The position numbers and the translations under genes were made by a program. From a virus (lineage: Duplodnaviria; Caudoviricetes), in the IMG/VR virus record IMGVR_UViG_3300023263_000007, positions 1-33,651 of that record: 33,651 nucleotides of DNA; one strand, 5' to 3'. Below are positions 1-9,184 of the stretch, in pieces; position 1 is the first letter of the stretch; each line of letters begins with the position of its first letter. Below the pieces are notes generated by a model. That model ran no database searches, was not told the origin of the DNA, and saw nothing but the letters and a program-made list of their open reading frames with translations.

Positions 1-1271
1 CCGCCACCGCTCATGATCTGGCCGGTGTTGACGGATGGACTGCCGCCGGAGCCTGCCGACGAGCCGCCCGGGACGCCGAACGGGTTGCCCTGATCAAACT
101 CCGCCTGCATGCGGTCGATCTCGCTGCCGACGGCCGAGCGAGTGCGCCCGACCGTGCCTGCGTCAAATCGGCGAGGCGGTGCCGCGGGCATCGTTGATTC
201 CGATCGCATCTGATCGATGGCGGCCGATGTCGCCGCGAGTCGATCGCGAGCAGCGTCCGCCTCGCGGGCCAGCTGATGATCGATCGTGTAGTCCGCGTTC
301 CCGTTGCGGATCACTTCCCTCGGCTGCGCGATAGCTGGGCCACTAGCCGGGGCGCTGGATTCCAGCGCGCGCAGCCGGCGCTCTTGATCCCCACTGATCC
401 CAAGGGCCGCGAGCGCGGCTTGGTTGGTGTCGACCATCTTGCCCGCTGGCGTATCAATCACGAGGGAGCGCCCCGCTGGGGTCTGTTCGAGCTGCTGCGC
501 CGACACGCCAACGCGGCGCCCCTCGGGACCGGCGCCGCCCTGATAGTCGAACTCGATCGGCGCCGCTGCAGTGGCAAGTTCGGATGCCGCCGTCTGTCCG
601 GGAGCGATGTTCGTCTTCAATCGCTCGTCGGAGGCTGACACCGCCGAGCCGATCGCTTCGACCACCTTGCCGCCGGTCGATACGCCGAAGTTTGCCCACC
701 CCATGCGCCGCTGGAATCTCCCCATTCGCTCTTGTTCTTGCAGCGCGCGTTGCTGCAAGGCGAAGTCCGCGGCTGCCTGCATTTGGGAGATCTGTGCTTG
801 GTTCCGCATGCCCGCATAGCCGAGCTGCTGCTGCAAGCCCTGTCCGGAAAGCTGCGAGCTCATACCCGCGGCGCCTTGCATCGCCGCCTGCTGTTCCTGC
901 GCCCGCATCTCAGCGATCGCCTGATTCCCCGCGGCCTGCTGCGCGGCCCCTTGCCACGCCGCGTTGCGGAACGCTCCGGCGCCGCCGGCCTGAGCTGCCA
1001 TCGATTGCTGGGCTGCGATCGACTGCGCCGTCTGCCGACGCATCATATCCGTCGCAAGTGACGGCCCTTGGCCTGCTGCCATCGCCTCATAACCGGACAG
1101 CGATCGCTTCTGCGCGTCCATGCCGAAGCCGAGCGCGCGGGCGCCCGCTTCCTCGCCCTGCTTCAGGGGCTTCATCCCCGCTTGGTTCAGCTCGCCGTAG
1201 CCGTAGAACGGATCTACGCGGTTCTCTTTCCAGTTCGAAGTGTTGCGGCTCCCGCCGAATGCCATGGCCAT
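1..1271 (-). CDS. Gln/Ala/Met-rich ejection (DNA-pilot-like) virion protein with internal peptidase S74 / intramolecular chaperone domain; 3' end runs off the window
   Basis: Not in the ORF track because it has no stop. Manual translation from ATG 1271: MAMAFGGSRN...QQQLGYAGMRNQAQ...SDERLKTNI...PIEFDY...RVGVSAQQLE...KMVD...RRLRALE, open to base 1; directly follows the tail gene. Confidence 0.8.
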   Translation of the reverse strand, partial: MAMAFGGSRNTSNWKENRVDPFYGYGELNQAGMKPLKQGEEAGARALGFGMDAQKRSLSGYEAMAAGQGPSLATDMMRRQTAQSIAAQQSMAAQAGGAGAFRNAAWQGAAQQAAGNQAIAEMRAQEQQAAMQGAAGMSSQLSGQGLQQQLGYAGMRNQAQISQMQAAADFALQQRALQEQERMGRFQRRMGWANFGVSTGGKVVEAIGSAVSASDERLKTNIAPGQTAASELATAAAPIEFDYQGGAGPEGRRVGVSAQQLEQTPAGRSLVIDTPAGKMVDTNQAALAALGISGDQERRLRALESSAPASGPAIAQPREVIRNGNADYTIDHQLAREADAARDRLAATSAAIDQMRSESTMPAAPPRRFDAGTVGRTRSAVGSEIDRMQAEFDQGNPFGVPGGSSAGSGGSPSVNTGQIMSGG

Positions 1272-1275
1272 GGCG

Positions 1276-4200
1276 CTACCCCATCCGTTCTACGGGCACT
1301 TTCGAGTGCCCATGTTTGACGCCGGCGATCAGTGTGATTGCGGTGATCGACAAGTTTTCCGTGGTCGGGATGGTCCCGGTTTCGCGGATGCGGATCCGGA
1401 ACGCCGTGCACTTCTGTTGGCGGGGGCGGCAGCGCAGCGGCACATCCGTGTTCGCGTCGAACACGATGGTCTGTGTGAGATCGGCCGAGTAGCCGCCGTA
1501 AATGCTGAACTCGAACGTGACCGTGATCTGGGATGCGGCCGGCCGCGAGAGCGTGAGCAGGATCGACCGAATGCGTTGCAGGCCACCGATGTCCGCGGCG
1601 TGGATCCACGACGTCTGAATGTCGATGGGGATCGCCACATCGTCGCCATCGTCGTCCTGATCCGCAAAGGGTGTCTCATCGGACGCGCGCTCATAGCCCA
1701 CCGCGCCTTGTTGCAGCAGGACGTGACTCACCTCGCCGTCCAGTCCGCGCCACATGAGGCCATGCGCTGCACGGGCAAACCCAATGCCCCCGACAAATGC
1801 AGGGGGAAGGGCGCGGCTCCACAGTTTCGCAAGGTAGTCGTAAATGAGGACGACCGCCTCTTGCCCAAATATGTTCGCGACGAGCCGGATCTGGTGACGC
1901 GTCTCCTTCACGTGCGCCGCCAACACGATCCCTGTGTCGCCGACAAAATCCTCGATGTCCGCGCCGACATAGTTCGTCGCCCCGCCGCGGTCGAGTTGGT
2001 AGTAGCCCTTGCGCGACTGGAAGAACACGCCGTCGCCGGCCGTGACCACGACGGAGCGCGGGCATGTGCAGCCGACGCCCGTCGCGAGCAAGTAGATCTG
2101 CAGATCACCGTCCGACCCCGTATCGTCGGGGATCCGCCCTTGCAGGGAATAGATCGCGTCAGGGGTGAACAGGATCAACTGCTGATCCATCGCGGCCATG
2201 CCCGTCACGGGGCCCATGTTTCCGCGTCGGACGACGTTGACGTCGTTGAACTCCGGCGCGAGCTCGTGCTCGATGTTCGCCCGTTTGAGCCGGAGCGACC
2301 ATCGGACCTCGTCGGGCCGCTCCATGGACGCGATGAATAGACGCTCTTGCCACACGGCCATCACTGCGCCGGGCGGCACTTGGTGCGGCTCGAGTGGGAT
2401 CGGGAAGCCCGAGGAATCCAGCGCGGCGCCGAGCAAGGGCCAGGGGATCGGGTCGTTCACCGCAAGTAGCGTGTCATCCGGCACAGTGTCGGCGATCGTG
2501 ATGAACCAGTTCCGCGGGTCGTTGATGGGGGCGTGGTCGATGCTGTAAATCGACTGCACGTTATTGTCCAAGCAATGCAGGCGATACAGCACGGAACCAT
2601 TTGCCGCCGTCCGATACACGATGATTCTGATATCGTGCGCGTCCGGGTAGATGAGCCGGTTGTCACGCAGCGACACCGTCATGGTCCGGATCCGCAACAC
2701 CACGCTATGCAGATCCTCCGGCACTGGATCGAATGGATCGCCTAGTGTGATCAGTAGCGGGACAGACGGGCCCGAGCGGTGGACAGCGCCGAAGGCATCC
2801 GTCCACTCATAATGCGCGACATATTGATACACGCCCGTGCTTAGCCCAGTGCTCGCGCCCTCGTCGACGCTCCCCACGGCCGAGACGATCTCGGGCATCC
2901 ACGGAAAGCCGAGCTCGACGGCCTGAATGCCATCGTAGATCATGGGCGACGCGCCACCGAACACCGTGTGTCGCCCGACCGGCAACGCCATGTGCTGCGC
3001 TAGTTCGTAGATCCCTTTCCAATCGTCGCTTGGCTCCGTCCGCCCGTCGCGCCACGACAACCATGGATCTTCATAGTTGAACTCCCACGCCCGGATCATG
3101 GCGGCGGTGGGCACAACCCGGACGCCGTCCACCGTGACGGCGCCGATGGAGTGGCCAACGTTCTGCGCACGCGCGAACGCCCCATGCGCGAACGTCATGG
3201 ATTTTATGGATGGCCCGAAGTCTGGCGGCCCGACCACGTGCGATAGCAGATTGATCCGCCGCCCATCGACGTCGCTACCGCCGACAGGCGTGGCGCCGAA
3301 GGCCGTGAGACCACTGACCCGCGCGTCGAAAATGGTGTGGGGCATCTGCGCCGCGACAAACGGGCGCGCCTCGAGGTCGTTGTCCCAACGCTGCCAATCG
3401 AGATCGATGATCATGCCGAGGGATTGCACCCACGACTCGCCGCCTTCGACGAGAGGGGCTTCCTCGAAATCCGACGTCGAGCCGATGTTTTTGAATGCGA
3501 CGCCGAGATAGACGCGCTGCGTGGGGTTGTCCATCGCCGAAAGCCCCGGCACGCCGAACGCCCGCGAGACCATTTGCAGGTTCGCGACGGCCATCTCGCC
3601 GGATTGCTGGGAGGTATCCAGCGACGAGAGCACCACACCCGCCAACCACCGCACGTAGATATCGTCTGCCGCCAGCGCGCTGGCGTCCGCATATTCGATG
3701 GCTACGATGACGCGGCTGACCGTGATGCGTCGGTGTGTCGCTTGCGTTGCTCGGACCGCCGCCGGGATGTTAAAGAACGACCGCGTATCGTGCGACTGGA
3801 CGCCCGTCGCCAGGTTGAAACGGGCAGTGCGGACCACCCCGCCAGATTCCGGGCCGCCCGCGTCCGTCTGGTAGGTCACCAAGACAGCCTCGAACGCGTT
3901 TGCCGCGATGATCGAATCGGCGATCGTGGTCGGGGCCGTACACAACGTGCTCCATGCTGTCGCAGCCCAGATGAACCCATCGTGGCGGACCACCCGGAAA
4001 TCGTTTGCTAGGTTCTTGTAGGCAACGATGAAATCCGTTGGGTGTGTCTCGTAATATTCGCCGGTCTCAATATTGACGAGGTCGTACAGCCCAGACGCAT
4101 GGATCGAAATCGCACCGCCGCTTATCCAGTCCGGGCCAGTGGAGGCGAGCGTGGCCAAGTCGAGTGAGGCCATATTGAGAGTGGCCGTGGGGAAGTTCAC

Positions 4201-4482
4201 ATTTACCCAACACACGACAAGCGTGGTGCCGACGCAGATCATTTTCGGGCAATCGAGGATTTCATCCGATTCCTCGTCGCGCTCCACCACCAGACTGTCG
4301 AATAGCTCGACTTGCTGCGCGTTCGGCTGCTCGACGAAACAACGGACACGGATCTGCACGCCACCAATGACGCCCGTGCCGACGTACCGCGCCACGCGAT
4401 ACGAGTGCGCCCGATAGTAGACGGAGCCGATCTGTACGGCTGCGCAATCGGGTTGGTCATAGCCGGCCGACGTCAGGGTCAT
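1276..4482 (-). CDS. Tail tubular/nozzle (head-closure/stabilisation-type) protein, large beta-rich subunit
   Basis: 1068 aa; C-terminal propeller-like motifs (WQERLFIA..DEVRWS, GVGCTCPRSVV, GVFFQSRKGYYQ, LIYDYLAKLWS) typical of podoviral tail tube B/P22 gp10-like proteins; position in the late operon. Confidence 0.7.
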   Translation of the reverse strand: MTLTSAGYDQPDCAAVQIGSVYYRAHSYRVARYVGTGVIGGVQIRVRCFVEQPNAQQVELFDSLVVERDEESDEILDCPKMICVGTTLVVCWVNVNFPTATLNMASLDLATLASTGPDWISGGAISIHASGLYDLVNIETGEYYETHPTDFIVAYKNLANDFRVVRHDGFIWAATAWSTLCTAPTTIADSIIAANAFEAVLVTYQTDAGGPESGGVVRTARFNLATGVQSHDTRSFFNIPAAVRATQATHRRITVSRVIVAIEYADASALAADDIYVRWLAGVVLSSLDTSQQSGEMAVANLQMVSRAFGVPGLSAMDNPTQRVYLGVAFKNIGSTSDFEEAPLVEGGESWVQSLGMIIDLDWQRWDNDLEARPFVAAQMPHTIFDARVSGLTAFGATPVGGSDVDGRRINLLSHVVGPPDFGPSIKSMTFAHGAFARAQNVGHSIGAVTVDGVRVVPTAAMIRAWEFNYEDPWLSWRDGRTEPSDDWKGIYELAQHMALPVGRHTVFGGASPMIYDGIQAVELGFPWMPEIVSAVGSVDEGASTGLSTGVYQYVAHYEWTDAFGAVHRSGPSVPLLITLGDPFDPVPEDLHSVVLRIRTMTVSLRDNRLIYPDAHDIRIIVYRTAANGSVLYRLHCLDNNVQSIYSIDHAPINDPRNWFITIADTVPDDTLLAVNDPIPWPLLGAALDSSGFPIPLEPHQVPPGAVMAVWQERLFIASMERPDEVRWSLRLKRANIEHELAPEFNDVNVVRRGNMGPVTGMAAMDQQLILFTPDAIYSLQGRIPDDTGSDGDLQIYLLATGVGCTCPRSVVVTAGDGVFFQSRKGYYQLDRGGATNYVGADIEDFVGDTGIVLAAHVKETRHQIRLVANIFGQEAVVLIYDYLAKLWSRALPPAFVGGIGFARAAHGLMWRGLDGEVSHVLLQQGAVGYERASDETPFADQDDDGDDVAIPIDIQTSWIHAADIGGLQRIRSILLTLSRPAASQITVTFEFSIYGGYSADLTQTIVFDANTDVPLRCRPRQQKCTAFRIRIRETGTIPTTENLSITAITLIAGVKHGHSKVPVERMG

Positions 4483-4865
4483 AGCGATAGGTCTTCCTCG
4501 CTGACGTCAGCGCCGATGATTGCACGAACCCGGTAGCCGCCACGTGGCATCGGCCCACGACGCACCACGCTCGTACCGTCCACGCCGCTCGTCGGAGACA
4601 CGACGGACCACAGATCGTCCGAGATCATCACGAGCTCGTCGCGGTGCTGCGCCACCGCCGAAAAGAGCTCCGGTGGCAACGTGCCATGGATGTCGCCGGC
4701 CGATATGTCGACCACACGATACCCGCGGCGCTTATTGAGCGTCCCTGCCTTCTCGAACTCCACATTATCGGCGCGCTCGAGTGACCCGTGTGGTCGTGCC
4801 TTCGGGTCGATCTTCTGCGAGAGTCCGGAGACGTTGATCGTGATGAGTTGGTCTGGGAGTGGCAT
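4479..4865 (-). CDS. Tail protein resembling the N-terminal segment of a tail tube B/stabilisation protein
   Basis: GLSQKIDPK...LERADNVEFEKAGTLNKRRGY motif; ATGA overlap with the downstream 1068-aa gene. Confidence 0.55.
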   Translation of the reverse strand: MPLPDQLITINVSGLSQKIDPKARPHGSLERADNVEFEKAGTLNKRRGYRVVDISAGDIHGTLPPELFSAVAQHRDELVMISDDLWSVVSPTSGVDGTSVVRRGPMPRGGYRVRAIIGADVSEEDLSL

Positions 4866-4869
4866 GGGT

Positions 4870-6846
4870 CTACCCGTATGAGATCACGTAGACGCGACCG
4901 TCCCCACCGTTGCCGCCAGCCCCGGTCACCGCGCCCCCTGTGTTGTTCAGGCAACCGCCTCCGCCTCCGCCTCCGCCTCCATGGTCGCCCCCGTTGCCGC
5001 CGTTGCGCCCACTGACGGCCGACGTTTCCGTCGAGCCACCGCCGCCACCTCCGGTGCCGCCGAAGCGGATTGTTCCGCCGCTGCCGTTTGTTCCTGGCGT
5101 TGGTGCTGCGCCGTTCGTCCCCGGCGCACCGCCGCCGCCCGAGCCAACGCCGCTGATGGGGCCAGTGTCGCCACCGGTGCCTGGGCCCGCAAACGTGCCG
5201 GAGCCATTCGACGTCCCTCCGGACCCGCCCCCGCCAGCACCGTGTAGCGACTTGCCTCCCGAGCCGGATACCGCGTTGGTGCCGGTGTTGCCACCGCCAC
5301 CGCCACCGCCGAACTCGGCCCCGTAGGCGTTGCCACTGTGCTCGCCGGCCGACAGCGAGCTGCGCCCTCCGAGGCCCCCCGCGTAACTCGTCGGGCCAGC
5401 GGTGCTCACGGTGACGACAACCCCGGGGCCCCCACCGTTCGCCGGCACGGTCGAGCCAGCATCGCCTACTGCTGCTGTCCCGGCCCCACCGCCGCCGCTG
5501 CGCGCCGAGTTTGGAACGCCGCCGGCACCCGCCCCTCCGCCGAAGCCTCGCAGAATCGTCGAGCCGCTGGAAAAGGTCGTGTTGCCACCGGCGGTGCCCG
5601 CATTGCCGTTGCCGGCCGTGTTGCGTGCGGCCCCTCCGATTCCACCGATCCCGATTGTCACCGCTTCCACAGGTCCGAGCACGCTGGCCCGATATAGCCG
5701 CTCGACCCGCGCCCCCCCGCCGCCACCGGTGCCGCCCGACTTGCCCTGTGCCGCAACCGCATTCATGGCACCGCCGCCCCCGCCCCCGCCAGCACCGAAG
5801 CAAATCACCTGGACTACGCGCGCCGTGAAAGCCGTGGGCGTATTCCAGTTGCCGTCAGCGGAAAAACTCTGAATATCGACGTATTGCAGGCCTGTTGGAA
5901 TGACGGCCGCGGTGATCGTATTGCCGGCATCGTTGTAGGTGAAATCCACAGTGGAGGAATCGACGAGCGCACCGCCCACGGCGTCTTGCGCCATCTCGTT
6001 TGTGTATTGCGAGATCGTGCACGAGACCGTGACCGGCCCGCCTGCACCTCCGTCGGCGACAGTGATCCCTGTGCCAGCCGTGAGCACGCGCTCGTCAGTT
6101 AACCCCGCGGTTGCGACCGTCGTCACATAGCGGGCATTGACCGGTGCCCCGCTCGAGACTGTGCAGTCAATCGTAACGGGATTGTTGGCCCCGCCATCGG
6201 TGATCGAGATCCCGGTGCCCGCTGTCAGCACGCGTTCGTCGGACAGCCCTGCGCTGTACGCTAGCGTGACGTACTGCGCATCGGCAGGCGCCCCACCTCC
6301 GCCGACCGTCGAGATCGTCACGTTGCCGCCGGGGCCACCGTCGGCGATCGAGATCCCAGCCCCCGCGGTCAACACCCGCTCGGAGGTGAGCGTGCCGTCG
6401 GCCGACATGACGACATATTCCGCGCTCGTCGGCGCGCCGGTCGTGACCGTCGATGCGATCGTGACGTTGCCACCCGCGCCACCGTCCGTGATCGAGATCC
6501 CCACGCCCGCTGTGAGCACGCGCTCGTCCGTCAGGTCGCCATCGAGGGCCAGCACCACGTACTGCGCATCAAAGGGCGCACCGGCGACGCCCGGAGCCGC
6601 GATCGTGACGTCGATCTCGTCGCTCTGCGCGTCGTCGACGGTCGTGATCGTGACGTTGTCGCCCGCGTGCAGGTTGATCCACTGCCGGGTACCGACGCGG
6701 GCGTCCTCATTTCGGACGGAAATGCAGCAATCGTCCGGCAAAGAAAGGCGGGTGAGTTCTTCCGCCACCTCTTTCCGGAGGCGCTCCACATGCGGATCCG
6801 GCTGTGGGGACAGCCGGCTTTGCCCGCGCTTGGGACGACCGACCAT
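4870..6846 (-). CDS. Tail fibre / receptor-binding protein with four ~48-49 aa repeats and a Gly-rich C-terminal domain
   Basis: Likely start ATG 6846 (MVGRPK); repeats AP.xAxYV...LTxERVLTAGxGIxIxDGG; long GGGGG/GxG-rich C-terminus ending GGNGGDGRVYVISYG. Confidence 0.7.
   Translation of the reverse strand: MVGRPKRGQSRLSPQPDPHVERLRKEVAEELTRLSLPDDCCISVRNEDARVGTRQWINLHAGDNVTITTVDDAQSDEIDVTIAAPGVAGAPFDAQYVVLALDGDLTDERVLTAGVGISITDGGAGGNVTIASTVTTGAPTSAEYVVMSADGTLTSERVLTAGAGISIADGGPGGNVTISTVGGGGAPADAQYVTLAYSAGLSDERVLTAGTGISITDGGANNPVTIDCTVSSGAPVNARYVTTVATAGLTDERVLTAGTGITVADGGAGGPVTVSCTISQYTNEMAQDAVGGALVDSSTVDFTYNDAGNTITAAVIPTGLQYVDIQSFSADGNWNTPTAFTARVVQVICFGAGGGGGGGAMNAVAAQGKSGGTGGGGGARVERLYRASVLGPVEAVTIGIGGIGGAARNTAGNGNAGTAGGNTTFSSGSTILRGFGGGAGAGGVPNSARSGGGGAGTAAVGDAGSTVPANGGGPGVVVTVSTAGPTSYAGGLGGRSSLSAGEHSGNAYGAEFGGGGGGGNTGTNAVSGSGGKSLHGAGGGGSGGTSNGSGTFAGPGTGGDTGPISGVGSGGGGAPGTNGAAPTPGTNGSGGTIRFGGTGGGGGGSTETSAVSGRNGGNGGDHGGGGGGGGGCLNNTGGAVTGAGGNGGDGRVYVISYG
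6020..6582 (-). repeat. Four degenerate intragenic tandem repeats (~144-147 bp) in the fibre gene
   Basis: ERVLTAG-coding blocks recur near 6515, 6372, 6227 and 6083. Confidence 0.85.
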
Positions 6847-6854
6847 CAAATACC

Positions 6855-7205
6855 TTAGACGATCGTGGCGCCGTCCATGCCGATGACCTTCCACGCGCCG
6901 TTCACGTATTCGACAAACGCGTGATCGTTGGAGGCCGCAAAGGTCAGAGCGCCGCCTGTTACCGCCAGGGTGTACGTCCCGGCGGTACCGTCGATGAGAA
7001 AGATCGACACGCGCTGGCCCTCATGGGCCGACGTTGTGGCGATTGGTTTATTGCCGACTGTGCTGGACAGCAGCACGAGCCGATCCATCACATCCGTGAT
7101 CGCCGCGACTCCGTCGGTAGCGACCTGTGATTCCGCCAGGATGTAATCCCGGACTCCATCAGAAACAGATCGTGTGCGTGCTGAACGTGTTGGTTCCGAG
7201 TACAT
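6855..7205 (-). CDS. Hypothetical virion protein
   Basis: 116-aa ORF with a GGA-containing SD, between the adaptor and fibre genes. Confidence 0.7.
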   Translation of the reverse strand: MYSEPTRSARTRSVSDGVRDYILAESQVATDGVAAITDVMDRLVLLSSTVGNKPIATTSAHEGQRVSIFLIDGTAGTYTLAVTGGALTFAASNDHAFVEYVNGAWKVIGMDGATIV

Positions 7206-7216
7206 GTTGAGTCCTT

Positions 7217-7927
7217 CTAGCGGGCTCGCGGCCAGCGGCTTCCATAGCTCAGGTTGCGCACGTCCGCGACACGAGAGGCAGCCCCCGCGTCGCGCATCGC
7301 GGACATGCGCTTGATCCGTTGTTCAAGTTCCATGCACTGCCGTTCAAGGGTCGACGTATCGGATTCCTCTTTCGCGAGGATGTTGATCGCGACCTTGTAA
7401 ACGACCCATTCTTCCCAGCCCGCGAAACCATCGAGCTCGCTGGAATCTTCTTCCAGTCGCGGCGGGTTCGGGACGTAATAGACGACGAGCGTGCTATTGC
7501 CCGGGTTGCGGTCGAAGTGCAACGCCGCCAAGGTGCCATCGAGGGCGTTGTTCGCCACACGATAACGCAGCGACGTGCGGTCGAAGTAGGGCCATCCGTC
7601 GACCGTCGTGCCGGCGCCGCGCTCCTGAAGCGCGTAGGTGTCTAGCGGGTAGCGTTGCTGCCCGCGTACGAGGTCCACTCCCCGCAAAATGTAAAAGTTC
7701 GTGGGGAGTAGGACCGTCCACGGTGGTTGGGCGCTGGACGTCGTGGTGACCGTGTCTTCCACGACGTACCGATCCGAGTCGCTGCTCACGAGCAGGTCAT
7801 ACAGTTGGGCCACACGCTGATCGAGCCACTCGTTCACCTCGCTGTCCGAAACAAACTGCGAGTTTTCGTGGTCGGCCATTCGCCGAGCAGCTAAAGCCAG
7901 CGCGACCCTGTTTTGCGTGCGTGCCAT
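7217..7927 (-). CDS. Head-tail adaptor (tail tubular A-like) protein
   Basis: 236 aa directly after the capsid gene; ARRMAD..SQFVSDSEVNEW, LPTNFY.LRGV, VVYYVPNPP motifs typical of phage adaptors. Confidence 0.7.
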   Translation of the reverse strand: MARTQNRVALALAARRMADHENSQFVSDSEVNEWLDQRVAQLYDLLVSSDSDRYVVEDTVTTTSSAQPPWTVLLPTNFYILRGVDLVRGQQRYPLDTYALQERGAGTTVDGWPYFDRTSLRYRVANNALDGTLAALHFDRNPGNSTLVVYYVPNPPRLEEDSSELDGFAGWEEWVVYKVAINILAKEESDTSTLERQCMELEQRIKRMSAMRDAGAASRVADVRNLSYGSRWPRAR

Positions 7928-7936
7928 GAGCCCCTG

Positions 7937-9172
7937 TCAGACTGCCGAGGTGAAGTCTGCTCGTCCGTTCTGGCCGGGCGCCTCACAGCAAAGGTTCCCG
8001 TAATACCCGATGCGCCCCGTGACGCTGTCGCTGTCGTGGTCGCGCAACATCTTGTTGCCGTCGTGCTCGAGCCAGCCCGGCAGTGCGCCGCGGCTCGCGA
8101 ACGTCCATGTGTCCATCTTCAGCGCGAAGCCGGTCGCTGCCGGACAATCGAGGTCCGGCAAGATGTTCCACATGCCCGCGGCGGTCATGAACTGCAACGC
8201 CTTGAAGCCGATCGTGGCCACCTCACCTTTCGGGCCTTGCGCGAGCAGCTTTTCGTAGGTGGCTTGCGTCTGCAGTTCCTGCGAGAGCACGCCCCAAACG
8301 TCCGGCCCCACGAAGAGATGCGTCGGATAGGCGCCCGCACGCATGCATGCCACGCCGAAGTCGATCAACGCTTCGCGCATCGTGGCCGCCGTGGCCACGT
8401 GACGCACGCCCGCCTGCCGCTCGGGGTCGACGGAGCGATCGAACCCGAACCAGTCGTCGGCCGGCGCTGGCGCGGTTTCGGGAATCCACCCACCAACACC
8501 GGCGAGACCGAGACCGAAGTCGCCTTCCACGAAGAGAAAGTCGTTCGCGCCGAAGTCCGCATGCCAGCCGCCGACCGCGGTCATGGTGCCCGCCTGGCGA
8601 TCGATGGATTCGATCTCAGACGAGTTTGCCGAGGGCGGCGGCACCGTCAGCGAGTTGTGCGACACGAGGATGTCCCCAACCTCGAAGTTTTTGATGTCAT
8701 TCGGATCGGTCAGCGTGAGCACGCCAAGGACGACGCCGCCGGCGGTGATCTGCCCCTTGACCGCTGAGCCGTCGCCATAGAGCTCCGCGCAAATGCGGCG
8801 CTTGATCTTGTAGAACGCAGCGTCGCCACCGGCCTTTAGCGCACGCACGAGCGAACCCTTGTCGCTCTTCGCCGCTCGGAGCACGCGCCCGGGCACCGAA
8901 AAAGTCGCGTAGTCCTGCGTATCGGTGACACGGAAGCGGGCCCAACTCGGGGCCGACTTGTTGGTGTTGGCGTTGTCGAATGTGTGCGAGAACCCGGCGG
9001 ACGCAGAATAGCGATTCGAGATCGCGTATTCCTCGCCCTCCCAGTTTTCGTCCTTGGGCAAAAGCCCGTAAAGCGGCGATTCTGGGTATTGATTCTCCGG
9101 AACGGAGTCTTGCGGGTAGAGCGTCTTGAGAATGTTCGTGTAGAGCGCGAGATCTGCGGGTGCGGTAGGCAT
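7937..9172 (-). CDS. Major capsid protein
   Basis: 411 aa after the scaffold gene; LKTLYP N-terminus, LYGDG, C-terminal GYYGNLCCEAPGQNGR typical of P22/HK97-fold capsid proteins; GAGG SD. Confidence 0.85.
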   Translation of the reverse strand: MPTAPADLALYTNILKTLYPQDSVPENQYPESPLYGLLPKDENWEGEEYAISNRYSASAGFSHTFDNANTNKSAPSWARFRVTDTQDYATFSVPGRVLRAAKSDKGSLVRALKAGGDAAFYKIKRRICAELYGDGSAVKGQITAGGVVLGVLTLTDPNDIKNFEVGDILVSHNSLTVPPPSANSSEIESIDRQAGTMTAVGGWHADFGANDFLFVEGDFGLGLAGVGGWIPETAPAPADDWFGFDRSVDPERQAGVRHVATAATMREALIDFGVACMRAGAYPTHLFVGPDVWGVLSQELQTQATYEKLLAQGPKGEVATIGFKALQFMTAAGMWNILPDLDCPAATGFALKMDTWTFASRGALPGWLEHDGNKMLRDHDSDSVTGRIGYYGNLCCEAPGQNGRADFTSAV

Positions 9173-9184
9173 GGTGCCTCGTCG

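Noticed and set aside
35-1492. Plus-strand ORFs at the left end
   Set aside because: Antisense to the uncalled minus-strand S74 gene; Arg/Pro-rich composition typical of non-coding frames
6020-6582. DGR template/variable repeat or shufflon in the fibre gene
   Set aside because: Repeats are in-frame tandem domains; no reverse transcriptase or invertase is present, and I saw no adenine-specific mismatch pattern
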